Source: Podarcis muralis
Lineage: Eukaryota
Length of the DNA: 64,000 nucleotides
Reading direction: 5' to 3'
Assembly: GCF_964188315.1 (NCBI RefSeq)
Contig: NC_135657.1
Location: 42,346,001 to 42,410,000, forward strand
In this document: positions 11,674 to 25,740 of the stretch, in pieces
Position numbering within the stretch: the stretch's first letter is position 1
Layout: each line of letters opens with the position of its first letter
Notes under the pieces: model-generated
The model's input: only the letters and a program-made list of their open reading frames with translations
The model's database searches: none
Told to the model about the DNA's origin: nothing
Made by a program: the position numbers and the translations under genes

Positions 11674-13061
11674 GTGGCTTTGTGTTTTTGTATCTTATAA
11701 CAAATCTCCAATAGGTGGCAGTACATGAACACAAAAGGTCTATTTGTTAATACATAAAAAAAGACTTAAGCCTCTAGTTTTTAACTGCATGAATAGTCAC
11801 ACTGAATGCTATGTTCTGACCATACTACAGTATGATTAGTTGGTCTGCAAGGGCAGGGGAAGATTAAGATTGGGCATAAAGCTCTCTGTCACCACATTGA
11901 AAGGGATGGGCACTCATACTTAACCATTTGCTCATAGCCACCTAGTGATTGTGGTGAAATGATTTCCTTTCATCCTTTCAAATATTGCATGATTCAGTAT
12001 CACAAAAGGGTAAAATGTTTGTTTCTAGAGCTACTCTTAACTATTGAGTGGTGATAGGCTTTCTTTAAAATCTAACAAGTGATATGTAAGACAATGTAAC
12101 AATGTTGCTATTTGCATAGGAAATGTTTTCAGAATACAGTAAAGGTGAGTTTCACAGCCTAAAAGACATAAACTGAGCTTGCCATTTTCTCATGTAAAAT
12201 AAAAAAAAGTGGAATCTCTATACTCAATAAATATTAATATGTGCCAAAGGTAAATCCTCAGCACATAAGGGGGTGGGGGACAAGAGGAAATGGCAGTAAC
12301 ATAGCAAATTAGCACACACTCAGTGCTTCATTTATTTTTCTCTACGGGTAAATTTTTATTTTTTCAAATTCATAATTAAAATAAGTGCTGTGAGGGAAAA
12401 ATAGGTATTAAAATATGGATAATAGCTAATGTAATATGCAGTTGCAAATTAGTTTCCATTTATTGTTCTGAAGGTAAAAGGGGGGTATTTGATGTAAGAT
12501 CACTGGAAGTTTTGCATTATATTACATTATTGTAACTGTACATATATAAAAATGATATTAGTTTTTGTGGCCTAGGAAAAAATATTCTACTTATTTTGAA
12601 TATTTATCTCTAATGTTTAACATATTATGTTACACATCTTGCATGGAAAACCTGTCTCAGCTTTAAGGAAGTTTGCCCAAAGGACAAAATAACTATGGGA
12701 GTTCCATATTGGTTTCCACCTTCAGATCTTTTCAGGGGATTTTCAAAATCACTTGTGGTATGATTTGAATTTGTACTATTTAAATAAAAATGTTAACAAT
12801 TCCAATGTAGGTTCACATGGAGTAGCATCCTGGCTAATGTTTGGAACGTTTCTGAGAATTGTTTCAGATTTTGGAGCAGACTGGAAGCCAAAATGCCATC
12901 CACTTCCTGTCTCCTTGCTGCTGCCTTAATCTGAAGTAGACCTTTTGCATCTCCCCTCCACCTCATCCCCCAGAGCTGTATGAACTCTCAATGCAGTCAG
13001 CTTTCCCAGTGAGTTAGATATGGATGTTCTTTTACAGACATGGCTGAAAAGCATAGGGAAA

Positions 13062-13195
13062 TAATTAAATAAATAAATTGTTCTGGTATACCCAGAACAA
13101 ACTTAGTTGGTCTCTAAGGTGCTACTGGACTATTATTTATTTAATTTATTTATTTTGACTGTGTCAGACCAACACGGCTACCTACCTGTATCCAG
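13062..13195. mobile_element. Penelope-like element end
   Basis: aacttagttggtctctaaggtgctactggac..cagaccaacacggctac is a typical reptile Penelope terminus. It is flanked by a 13-bp duplication aagcatagggaaa (13049-13061, 13196-13208). Confidence 0.7.
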
Positions 13196-14621
13196 AAGCA
13201 TAGGGAAAGTAAGACATGAGGCCCTTTGTGTGCTAACTTACGGTAATCTAGTCTGATTGTAGAAGAGACCAAGGATTCTGCTAGGAAGAAAGGGTAGTTT
13301 TCAGGTGCAGATTATATTAGGTATAGATTTCCTGGACACATGCAATGTAAGGTAAATCAAGGAATCAAATGCAATAAATTTATATAACAAACATTCTGAG
13401 TTGCAATATCAGGAGTAATTGGTGGATCAATTAAAGCACTATTTGTTTAGATGGAAGCTTAAGCACCTATCTTTTAGTTTTGTGGCACGTTGTAATAGTA
13501 AGGAGCAGAGTTTTTGTAATGTCCGGAGTCTAACATTACCTGATTTCATATTTGCTTCTGTTGTGAATTTTCATTTATCTTCACAGTTGGGGAGTCTTTT
13601 CATTATAGTTTTGATGTATTTATTTTTATCCTTAAATATATTTTCCATGGATTAAACACCTCCTGTTTCAGTAACGGTCCTTTAGCAATTTCAATGCTAA
13701 CAATGGCCTTTTCAAAACATGTGTTCCTATTTATAATCTCTCTTCCTCTTATCGTTCTGACCCATGCCTCTCCTGCTGTCAATTAATTTTGTTCTTGTTT
13801 GTATCACACACCCAGTTGTATCATGTCCTTGCTTTCAAAGTCCTACATTATTCAGAGTCTCTTTACATCTTGGATAGGATATCTTTATGCTTTGTTTTGA
13901 TTTATAATCTGCCTGGAGTATAAATATTCTTCACAACAGTTTTCTGAAAATTGGTGTATATTACAATTTGTGATTCGGGATATGCCTGAATGAAGAGGAT
14001 TTGCTTATAGACCCAAGTATGACAGCTTGTTGTAGTTTAGATTCCATAGCTAATAAGGATAGGTTTGAGTCACTTTTGTAGTTATAAATACACATAAACA
14101 GCCAGAGCGTGTTATATATCAGACTGATAGATAGCCGAAAGCTTGCTGTAATAGCTCCATTCTATATTACAGAACAAGGCTATCTCTAGCTTCCAAGATT
14201 GGTTCTTTTATATGTTGTGAGCCTTGGATCAATACAGCCAGTTATAGTAAAGTGTAATTTCCTCCCTACGCATAGCATGATGGAATATTTTTTACCATTA
14301 AAGTCAACAAGTAGTGGTTTCTCTTTCCTCCTTAATCTCTACTATATGTATAATCAGTTCTGGCAGAGCTATACTTCAGTTTATATAGAGTGTAAAATCT
14401 TCTACCATAAGTAGGCTAAGCTTTTAACAGTCCTTTAAGAGAAGTTATAAGGATATGGGAAATCGGTTCATGATTGAAAGTCAACAGGGGATATGATGGT
14501 ATTGCATAAGATGTGGTTTGCTCCCATTTCCTGCTATAAGCAGAGGTGGCTGTTACTCTAATGCAGGTGAGGGGAATCCTTTGCTAGGAAGTTCCAATAA
14601 ATTTGGTGGGACTTTTGAATA

Positions 14622-14847
14622 CAGTGGTACCTCGGGTTACATACGCCTCAGGTTACATACTCCGCCAACCCAGAAATAGTGCTTCAGGTTTAGAACTTTG
14701 CTTCAGCATAAGTACAGAAATCAGGCTCCGGAGGCACGGAAGCAGCAGGAGGCCCCATTAGCTAAAGTGGTGCTTCAGGTTAAGAACAGTTTCAGGTTAA
14801 GAACGGACCTCCGGAACAAATTAAGTACTTAACCCGAGGTACCACTG
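14622..14847 (+). mobile_element. Tc1/mariner (Tigger-like) MITE, family A
   Basis: TIRs CAGTGGTACCTCGGGTTA / TAACCCGAGGTACCACTG with a TA TSD. Strand is relative to other family copies. Confidence 0.9.
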
Positions 14848-16858
14848 TAATTGTTTTCAGAATCAGTCTTGTGTCTCCTTGCAGTACTCAGACCTTTCTG
14901 ACCTAGGTTTGTTAGGGAGCTGTTCCCTTGATTGGAAGTGGGGGTGGCTGACAGCTGCCTTGCCTTGGCTAAGTGGATCCCTTTTGCAGTGGCTAAAGCC
15001 TCATCCTTTGCATGGTTCTGCAGTCTTGGTCATCTGTGTACAGTACACATTGGTCTGTAACTGGTATTCCCTCCACAAGACTTGTGTCAAGTTCAAGCTG
15101 GGGCATACCTCATAAAACCCTGGTGGCCCATTCTCCCTTGCAATGTACTCGTGGATAGAAACCTTGCCAGCCTCTCTTCCTCTGAAACATCTTCTCCCCA
15201 TCTTCTTTGACCCACGTTAGCATTCTGCACTCTAGCTTACCTTACAAACATAGGCCTGGAACTGTACAGAGGAAATGTGAGTGGATACCAGAGGAATGTT
15301 TTGAGGGAAATCCCTCCTCTTCTTTCTCTGATACAAATCACTCTCTCCTGAAGGCACTTTGCAAAGGAAGAAGGGGCAGTTGGGGATTCATTACATCCAG
15401 CTTGGTTTGCCCTTAAGAGTCTTTGTTCGCTTGATGGAAATAGGGAATTTCTTTTACTACAATATTTGGATGATGCCTTTCATGAGGGAAATCTTCTGTT
15501 CCCTGCCAGTCTGCCTGGAGGTGTTTTCAGAAGTGGCCTTGAGTCTTATCTGTTATGACAGGGCACTCCAACTTTTCATACCCAATGGCCACAAGAGTAC
15601 ATTGACACGGAACCCATGAGCTGCACAATACCTTGTCGTGGGCATGGGATGGGGGGGGGGGGGAGGCAAAACCAAAAGTTGACACCTCTCCAGCCTTGTG
15701 CTGCCTTCGCAAATCTGGTTAAGCAAGGCTCCTGGCTTTGGGAAGGAGGCACAAAGCTCTGGCAGGGTCCTAGGGCCCTTTTACCTCCTCCCCAAAGCTG
15801 GGAAAGCACTAGCTAGACTTTGGGAAGGAGGCTCTCTACTTGAGCTACATCCACCACATCAGAGGTGGGAAATTTTTTTGAGCCTGAGGGCTTCATCTCC
15901 TCCTGGGCAATCTTCCAGGGACAGAGACAGAGGCAATAATGGGTGGGGCAACAAATGTAAATTTTACTTTTGTACAGTACTCTCCCAGTTCTCTATCCTC
16001 CATCCTGTATGACAAGAGGAGTTGTCAAAGTTCAAGGACACGTTCTAGCAGGGCAAAAACACTCCAGGAATGTGAGACAGGGCTGGTAAGTGTCTGGCCT
16101 GGGGAAGAGTGCCAAGGGCCAGATAGAGTGATCTGAAGGGAGGCATTCAGCTCCTGGGCTTGCGCTTCCTGCCCCACTTGCACTGTATCCATGGATGCTG
16201 CATGTAGATCTGAAATACTGGAGGGTGATCATATGAATTAATACATCTCTCTACGACAAAGAACTCATTTGTCAAAAGACAAACCCTGTGTATATAGAAA
16301 GGCGGCATGCTGAGCTTAGTGCTCTTCTTCCTGACATCCAGTTTCTTGTCTCCTACCTACCTAAGGTGAAAGTAAGGTTGATTTGGAGAAGAAACAGCAC
16401 CACCTCATTCATTGCAGCAGCTGTTCTGGAAAACCTTGCCCCATGAGGTTCATTCAGCCTTTCGCCAGCTTTAGAATTTTTATTTTTATCTTTTCCAGCC
16501 AGCTTTTCATTTGTCATGCTGATCTGGTTTTAATGGGAAACTATGTTTTATCTGATGTGCTTGACCTTGTCAAGTTTGTTTGATAACGCTGATCTGCTTT
16601 TAATATGTTATGGATATATGTTGTTTTTGTTTTTGTATTGTTGATATTTTTATCTGTCGATTTTAATTGGTGTAATACATGTGTGTTAGAAAGGCAGGCT
16701 ATCAGTTCTTATGTACCTAAATAAATAAATGGTCAATTATTTTGATCTGAAACGTTTGATCTGTAGAGTGGCACAGTTTAATGGAAAATTAATTAGACAC
16801 AGTATTATTGCAGGTCTAAGTAAAATGTTTGAAAAGACAGTATTTTATAAACTCTAAG

Positions 16859-16971
16859 TTGGGGTGGCCAATGAGGTGCCCTCCAGATGTTGTTGGACTA
16901 CAACTCCCATCAGCTAATGGTCAGGAACTGTAGTCCAAAACATCTGAAGGTCACCATGTTGGCTACCCCTG
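16859..16971. mobile_element. hAT-type palindromic MITE, degenerate
   Basis: ggggtggcca..ccagatgttgttggactacaactccc / tgtagtccaaaacatctgaagg..ggctacccctg arms. Related copies at about 27868-27970 and 35072-35210. Confidence 0.55.
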
Positions 16972-18433
16972 CTATATTTCAATGTGCATTTACACAATTC
17001 CGCATGTTGGGAAAACAGTGGTCCTGAAAGCAGACTGGCTGTTTCTTTAAATTAAAATACCTATTTCCCAGCTGCAACAGGTATTGCTGCTAAAATGGGA
17101 GAATATCCAAGGAACCAGAACTAGCATTTTGTCCATGACAAAAAGACAGTCAATTCAACTGTTTGTCGAATATAATTTTTATGGTAGAAATCAAGACCTC
17201 AGTCAAGCTTAGTGCCCGTGTTTTGCCTGATCCCCTTAGTATTCCACCTGGAATTGCCAGGTAAGCATTTGGGAGGGAGACAACACAGATAATACAGGAG
17301 AAGGTCAGAGCCAGACTGGCTCACTCCTGAAGGACAAATTAAGCTCACAGTGAAGGAATGGTGCCTGGCAGATTGTCAAATGTTTGATGATGTAGCTTTT
17401 TGGCTAATAGCTGTCCATTCAAACAGTTTGGATATTGCAAGTAGATGGCTTGCGAGCTCCCATGAAAGGTTTTATTTCCTTGGCAGTCATTTTGATTGAA
17501 TTACCCTAAGTATTTGCTGTGGATAATCCCTTGTTTTATGTCTTGATAAGCCAATGCTGCTTAAATTAAATTTTTAATGAAACATGTAGAAGATTGCTGA
17601 TGTTTTAAGAACTGCACAGAAGTCTCCTTGCTTTGGATACACTAATAAGTTTGCTGGTAATTTCTTTTGAGCAATATTTTTTAATGGTACAATGTGCTAG
17701 CAAGGCAATATTGTAATGTATACAGCTTTTGGCTGTTAAAATATCAACTTGGAATGTAAGGAAATAATTTTAAAATGGGAAATCTTTAAATATTAATTCT
17801 CAAATATTTTATGATGATTTCAGAAATATGGGAGAGAATAGTTATTCACTATATACTGTTCCTTAGTATAGGCAATAAACAATGATGTTAAATTACAGGA
17901 AGGTAGATTTCATTTACAATATCCTTAATGGTAAGAGCTGTTCAGCAGTGGACAGCTACTAGGGAATGCTACAAACCTCTTTTATTAGATGTGGGAAGAT
18001 AAAATGAAGAGGCATTGGCTGAAGATATTTACTCTATGGGGAGTAAACTAAATGGTCTACCTGATATCTTTTCAGCTGGTAAATGCTGGTCAACTTGTAC
18101 TCAGTTTTGAAGTTTTCTAATTGTATAAGCAATTATTTCTTCTATCTAAACGTGGGGTGAATCAGGAGCTAACTTAATGCTGAAATCATTATTAATTATA
18201 AAAAAATGCATGTGAACCTTTTGGGAGAGGTTGAAATGCTGTCACTTCAGATTAATTATAGCATCACAGGAGTTAGTAAGTGTCCCTGTTAATGTAATGT
18301 TTTTGCAGATCTATATAAAATTTGCTTCCCAGTGTTTTGTCATATTTTTGCCTGCAAGGGCCATATGTGTTAGCAGATGGGGGTGGGGGGCAAATAGTCA
18401 ATGGATGTAGCTTGAGCTGGTGGGAAGCATGCT

Positions 18434-18434
<1 letters not shown>

Positions 18435-18473
<39 letters not shown>

Positions 18474-18484
18474 AGAGAGAGAGA
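18435..18484. repeat. (CA)n(GA)n microsatellite
   Basis: Seen directly. Another (AC)n lies at 28021-28059 and (CTG)n runs at about 26163-26184 and 60642-60663. Confidence 0.9.
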
Positions 18485-21400
18485 GTGTACAGGCTTGTGG
18501 CCACCAAATATTGTTGCCCCTGTAAGCAACCCAGCCAGGGTTGATAGCATTTGCTGTTCCACAACATCTGGAGGGCCATAAGTTCCTCATCCTTGATCTA
18601 GTGCATCTGAGAAATGGGAACCCAGGAAACAGGACTGTGCAAGTACATGCTGACTTCGTTCTTCAGTGCTCTGATAGTGTGTAGAGAAAGTTAAGGAGGC
18701 TGTTGCCTGGAAGGGAGTTGAAAGAGGTTCAAACATGCTTCTTATTCCACCCACTAGGATCACCCAAGGACATTCTAATCAACACCATAGTGATGTTCCA
18801 GACTGCACGCTCTCATTATCTCCTACATAAGTGGATGGTTGCCATCCATTCCTATGAGGACTAGTAAGGAGATGAACTTGGGGACACTATTATTTGCAGG
18901 GGCGGAGTGTACACAAAACTGTATTGGGTGCAACTATCGTATGCAATTGATCTGTGCTTCTCAACAAAGTTGGCTAGCTCAACAATATTTCAACAGACAT
19001 ATACAGGTTCTTCTCTAGTGTCCTTATTCCCTTAGTAAGTTATTTTTGTTAGATTAAGGGCTTCAAGGCTTGCCCATGTGGAACAACTCTCCTGCAGGCT
19101 AATTAATTATTTCACTTCTCTTTTTTATTTTTTGCCTTCCTTCACATATAAATTAATAATTATCATATCTGCCTGTACACACTCTTTATTGCTCATGTAA
19201 ATATGGGTGCTGATAGTAGGTTTATTTAATATTCAGCCATGCATGTATGCATTTAGTTTTTAATTGTAAAAATAACTGGTAGTATGTTTTCATTAGAGAG
19301 CGGTAGACATTCATTCTTAATTGCAATAGTAAGCATTTTCCATAGTCATAAGTAAATTACAATTTAGTATCGGTTTTTTAAATTGGGATTTTTTTCAGGC
19401 ATTTTAAGCACTGCTCTATTTTCTGTTCCAAATGTGCAAAAGCTTAAAAAATAATAATACAGAATCGCTTGTGCTGAGTATGTCCCTGTGTCCCTTTTGC
19501 TATAAATTCTTTGAGGCATGAAATAGCCTGCCAGTTGTCCGTTGCATTCACACTTCGATAAATGGATATCAATTTATTGTAGCCACAAATTGTAATTAAT
19601 GCATGATATCATTTCTCAGAATATTTGCTTCTAGGACAGTTTGATTTAATATGTTCAGTAATATGCTATACTAAATTCCTCCCCCCCTCTTTTCAGTGGG
19701 GGTATGAATTATTTTCTTGCACCTTCTTTTATGGCAATTGATATGGAAACTTGCCTTGACTGGAGCCACATCAGACTAGGGGCTGAGGCTTATGATAGTC
19801 ACTGTAGAGCCAGGGCGGACTCCTGGTATCAGTTTAGTTGGAGTCTGTCTTCAGTGATCTTATGGTGGGTAGTCAGAAGACACATGTTTAGCATATAACA
19901 AAAGAATAAAGGCAATAGCAAACTGCTATGCTATGTAGAACTCTGGAAAGATTTCAGCAGGTGCAACTTCTCCTGCTTTGTTTTATCTGAACTTTTATGC
20001 TTGAGTCTTGGGGAGTCAGTGGTACAGCATTTTCCCTATATTGTACACTACATTTAGCAAGCAGGGAGTTGCATATTTGAATACTCCTCTACAGAAATAT
20101 AACCTTACCCCTACCAAGAGAAAATGAACCTAATGTATTTCAGGGAAAAAGAGTCAGCTTCGTCTCTCACTAATAATGTTATTTTTGTGTCCATCTGTGT
20201 AGCGAGTTGTTTTCATCAGGGAGCTTTTAAATATACAACCCCATACCCCCCTGTTAATAATACAGAGTGTGCCTATGGGGATATTCAGACTGCTTTCCCC
20301 CTAACCACTGCGCAACTGCAGCCTCCCCTTTCTCCAGCCACTTAGAATTAAGAAGCTGGACTTGCACAGTAATGGCATATTTTCTGCACAGATGAAAGTC
20401 CCACAACCTCTCACTTCAGAAGTTATTAGGAGGAGAGATGAGAGAGCCCGCTGTGAACCATCTAGCCTGGTGAGAAAAACCCATCTCTTCTGTACTGCAT
20501 TCCAATCATGCCGTAGCTCATTGGGCTTCAGTAAGACTGGAACAAGTAGTGTGGGATACCTTTAATTTTTTTTACCCATTAACATTTATGTTTTGCTCTG
20601 TGTCTGTGATGTATTAAGTAATATTCAACTTATCATTTGTTTCCTGAATTGCTATTGCTATATTAGATTCATATGCTTTGAAGCAAACTGTTTTTCAGTT
20701 GTTTTGTATTTTGATAATTCATTGATGATGTCAGTGTCTTTTGGTCACAGTTCACTGTGGGAAAGTGGCAAATGAATAAACTAGACTTAAATTTTAACAA
20801 ACATTTCACCACCCTCCCCATCCACTCCTCATTTTCCTCTGGCCATTTTTCTTTCCATAACTCTCTTTCCATTCTTGTTATAGGCAAGCTGCTTTTGCTT
20901 ATTCCCCCACCCCACCCCTGTCTCATCCTAAATAATTGGTGTCAACCAGAGCTCAGCCTAATACCAGGGTTGAGACCTGGAACATGGGATGAAAAGTACC
21001 TCTGAGCATGCACTTAGTACCATTTCCTTACCACTGAATCTGCAATCTTGTGTCTCCTCACATACTTAGAAACATGCCTAGCTCTGCACTTTCAGTGTAA
21101 GCATATATTGAACCTCTCCTAGTCCACTTCTGGTTGTCCAACCCTTTTGTTTCAGCAACCAGAAAAGAAGTCTTAAAACAACGCCACCATAACATTGCAA
21201 TGAAAGAAGACATTTTTTAAAATGATATTTTAATTAGCACATAGATACAAGACTGAATAAAACAATTCCATTGCTCTTTATGCTTTCCACCCTCTTTCCA
21301 CTTCAGCTATTAATTGCAACAACCAGCAATGGATTTGGGGAAAGCAGTGGGTGTTAGTCAATACCACCCCATTTACATGTGATGCTAAGTTTTTGGGAAG

Positions 21401-22866
21401 GAAGGTTGATAAGGAAAAATAATCAAATGGATTTAGAATAAAATATTTTGCCCATTACTTGGTTGGCCTCAAATCACATTGCAACAATTTATGTGAAAAT
21501 CAGAATGTTTGGTGTCAGAGTGTAGGTATAAAAAATATGAAGCTATGCAAACCAACTTGCTTAGCATGCCTGTACTAGGCTTTAGTTACCATTGGCATTT
21601 ATAGTTCAACTCTCAAAAAAGTAGTTGCTTCCTGAAAATCATCTTCAAAGAGTCAGGTTTCTCCGGTATGTTGTTATAAACACGGAATTTTATATTTCAT
21701 TTGATAAAAGTATTTAAAAATATTTATCTATGTGTATCTATGTCTATTACTGTGGGCCTGTTGAAAAGTAGTTCTGTAGCTGAAAAATTGCCACTGAAAA
21801 TACACCATTGTTTTGTGTTATGAGGCCAATATAATGTAAGGTTGAAAACGGGTGTTGGAAATCAATTTGCAATTTGATGAGCTTTGACTACAAAACCCTG
21901 TACACTGATTACTTCTGATCTCAGTCTTTTGGGCAAGCATTCACATAAAATGTGACATAAACATTATGGGAAAAACATTAATTTGTATTCACTTTGTTGT
22001 AAAGAAAAGGCTGTTTTGCATAATTGTCTGATTGACAGTTCAGTTACATATAGAACTTTGAACTGTTATCTTACAAACATGCTAGATGTAAATAAATTGT
22101 GGTTTATTAGCTTTGTGCTGCCTACACTTGTGATGTTATTTAAGCTAGCATTTGGTAAGCATTGGAAATTGCTCAGGAAAATTCCATTACCTGAGTTAGC
22201 AGTGGATGCTTTCAATTTTGTTTGTTTGGTGCTTTAAATGATGGAAATTTATATAAAAATTATATTAATTTATATTAAAAATACTCTCTAGAAATTCCTG
22301 TAAAGTGGCACTGGCTACCAAATTGTTTATGGGCTTAAGACCAGATGTTGATTATTATCTTGAACCCTATATGGTCCTATACACATAGGAATATATGAAC
22401 TTCTTTCTAGAATAAATCCAAGCATTCTCCTTCTACCTTCATTAATTGATAAACTCCTGGTACCTTTTCTCCTTCACTATAGCAGTTGGGGTGTGGTCTG
22501 ATAGTGCTGCTTTTAGGAGCCACACTATAGGCAACTCCCCATTTAGGCAGCGTTGACTTTCTGGCTCCCTGCGCACAGAAGTGAAATGTGTGTAAATGGG
22601 GAGCACCCTGCTGCTCCTCCAGTTTGCAAGGAGAGCTTCCCTGGAGTCCAAAGGAGATGTCCTCTTAAAGGAGATGTCCTCTTCGGGCTCCTCGTCAGCT
22701 GGAGGTGCAGCAGGGCTTTGTTGAGGCTCTCCAGGTATCTTCCCCCACTTCCAGGTTTCCAGCACGCAGTGCATATGTGCAGTCGTGCATGACTTGAACA
22801 TGCGTAAGTGGAGGGGATGCCGGTATAACAGTATATAAGGGGGAGCTGGACTGCTGGTGAAGAGGC

Positions 22867-22909
<43 letters not shown>

Positions 22910-23261
22910 TTATTTATACCTCACCCATCTGGCTGGGCTTCCCTAGCCACTCTGGGTGGCTTCCAACCAAATATTAAAATACAGTAATACACCAAACATT
23001 AAAAGCTTCCCTAAACAGGGCTGCCTTCAGATGTCTTCTAAAAGCTTGGTAGTTGTTGTTCTCTTTGACATCTGGTGGGAGGGCGTTCCACAGGGCGGGC
23101 GCCACTACCGAGAAGCCCCTCTGCCTGGTTCCCTGTAACTTCACTTCTTGTAGTGAGGGAGCTGCCAGAAGGCCCTCGGCGCTGGACCTCAGTCTCCGGG
23201 TAGAATGATGGGGGTGGAGACGCTCCTTCAGGTATACTGGACCGAGGCCATTTAGGGCTTA
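22867..23261 (-). mobile_element. L2 LINE 3' fragment with (AAT)n tail
   Basis: Reverse complement is about 80% similar by eye to the + strand L2 at 62110-62520; (AAT)n run at 22867-22909. Confidence 0.8.
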
Positions 23262-24265
23262 AAAGCCTAGCTGACATTTGCCCATTTCCCTGCCCATTAA
23301 AAAGAAGTGATCAAGTGTAGATACTGATTCACATCTTCGTGGCCTTCGGATGTTACAGCTGAATGGCTTGACTTTTATATACTGTTTGCTAAGAGTAATA
23401 CAAAGATTCTTGGTTAACATTATAGTGGGTGATGTAACTCACTTCATTTGCTCTTCAGTTCTAATGTTGAGTGGAATTTGGAAGTGGCCATAGCCATAGA
23501 TCATAATTTTTATTTGTCTTCAGCTGACATTTAAAATATATTTCTCCATTAAACATCTAGTTTACAATGTCTAGGGCTAACGTGCAACATAGCTTGCTGT
23601 CTACACAGCCATAACATTTCTTCTCAAAGTGAACATGTACAGAATTTATTAATCTTATCGAAAAGCCTGAGAAGTGTATAACATGGAGTTATTTTGTAAT
23701 AATATGCTAGATAATAATATTCAATAGACAGTATTTTCATTTTTAAAAAATATGCAACTTTGTGTTCAGTGTAAGATAAATCTAAAATTTGGCCAGTAAA
23801 GGAATGAAATAAGTAACTGGAGGTTTGAATAACCCAGGAGACATCGCCGTTTAGAAGCTGAGTGTCTAGAAGGGAGACCATCAGACCATATAGACATACT
23901 TGCAAAGAGGACCAGGAATGTTTTATTTTCATGCATGTTCTCCCCAAATTTGCATTCAGATAACACATGTACTGTGTACATATGAATTCTGATATCCCCT
24001 TCCTCTTTGCTTCTTCATCCCCTTCTAGGTGGGCTGCTCACTCCCCTCCCTGCCCGAAGCACTGTTAATGAGTTTACCCATTTCCATTTTTTGTGCTTTG
24101 TGTGCTCTCTCTCACACATACACACAACATTGTCTCTTTTTTAATGGAAAAGCAGCTCAGGGGAAAAGCGAGATGTGGTGACACAAGTCCCCAACCATTC
24201 AGCAATATGCATAGCCACTTCTGTCGGAAACTTCACAGAACTTGTTTGTTTCTAAGAAGCATATA

Positions 24266-24507
24266 CAGTAGTACCTCAGGTTACATATGCTTCAGGTAAC
24301 ATACGCTTCAGGTTACAGACTCTGCTAACCCAGAAATAGTGCTTCAGGTTAAGAACTTTGCTTCAGGATGAGAACAGAAATCGTGCTCCGGCGGCACGGC
24401 AGCAGCAGGAGGCCCCATTAGCCAAAGTGGTGCTTCAGGTTAAGAACAGTTTCAGGTTAAGTACGGACCTCCGGAACGAATTAAGTATTTAACCTGAGGT
24501 ACCACTG
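24266..24507 (+). mobile_element. Tc1/mariner MITE, family A
   Basis: TA|CAGTAGTACCTCAGGTTA..TAACCTGAGGTACCACTG|TA; body nearly identical to 14622. Confidence 0.9.
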
Positions 24508-25255
24508 TATGTCTGATAAAAAATGAGGATGTAATTCTGCAGCAGCTTGAGCACTCTGTGTGCATCTGTGTTCAGTTGTAAATGCTCTGAGTTTTCTAAA
24601 GGAGGACCAGTTAGAAATATAACTAAAACTTGTCCATCATTCTTAGCAGTAAAGGCAAATCAGAAATTATAATTGGCTCTTAAAAGGGCACCCTTTGCTA
24701 TATTTTAAAGGCAAATACACTTTAAGATAAAAGCTTCATGCACTGCAGATTGATGTCTTTCAAGCAAGCAAGCAAGCAAGCAAACGACTATTTGAATAAC
24801 AGAATAAAGGGTCACTTAAAAAATTCAGAATGTATATTTGTGATTGGGGGTGTTGATTCAGGAATCTGTTGTAACAGAATTTGCAGAGACAAAGATAATT
24901 AAATTTCCACAGAGGTCATCCTGGAGCTGTATTATCTAACTGGCCAGTTGTCAAATATATGACTTAGGTTTCTGTTATGCTCTGTTGAACTAGCACCTTT
25001 CACTTATTGATTGCTGATGACATGATTCATTTGACAGCGGTTTCTATGCACTTTTCTAGTGCTTGTTGAATCTGTCCAAGTCTTTAATTTTCAAGGTGAT
25101 ATTAAGTTCATAATAAATTCTCAAAATAACAACTGTGGAATTTGTTTTGCAAAGCAATGTATTTCTTTGGTTCGTAAAATATTGCTCATGCAGGCTATTT
25201 TTAGTGATATTTGTTCCCTTTTAAATCAGAAAAAAAATAATTTTCTGAAGCGGTA

Positions 25256-25363
25256 CAGTCATACATTGGTTCTCGAACGGAATCTGTTCTGGAAGTCCAT
25301 TTGACTTCTGAAAACGTTCAAAAACCAAGGCGCGGCTTCCAATTGGCTGCAGGAGCTTCCTGC
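25256..25363 (+). mobile_element. Tc1/mariner MITE, family B, left part only
   Basis: Colinear with the first ~110 nt of the copy at 57210, then homology stops. Confidence 0.6.
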
Positions 25364-25449
25364 CAGCCAGCATGCCCCATGGTCAGGAGACTATGGGGAA
25401 TGTCACCCAGCAGCATCTGAATGGCTACATGTTCCTCATTCCTGTTTTC

Positions 25450-25740
25450 GAGAGCTGGTGTGGTGTAGTGGTTAAGAGCAGTAGACTCGTGATCTGGTGA
25501 ACCGGGTTCGCATCTCTGCTCCTCCACATGCAGCTGCTGGGTGACCTTGGGCTAGTCACACTTCTTTGAAGTCTCTCAGCCCCACTCACCTCACAGAGTG
25601 TTTGTTGTGGGGGAGGAAGGGAAAGGAGATTGTTAGCCGCTTTGAGACTCCTTCAGGTAGTGATAAAGCGGGATATCAAATCCAAACCCCTCCTCCTCCT
25701 CCTCCTCCTCCTCCTCCTCCTCTTCTTCTTCTTCTTCTTT
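25450..25740 (+). mobile_element. Squam3-like SINE with expanded (CCT)n(CTT)n tail
   Basis: Near-identical body to 11420-11673. Confidence 0.85.

Noticed and set aside
22442-22801. 119-aa minus-strand ORF with an acidic patch
   Set aside because: No recognisable domain or splice context. It includes a 17-bp tandem duplication and is of a length expected by chance.
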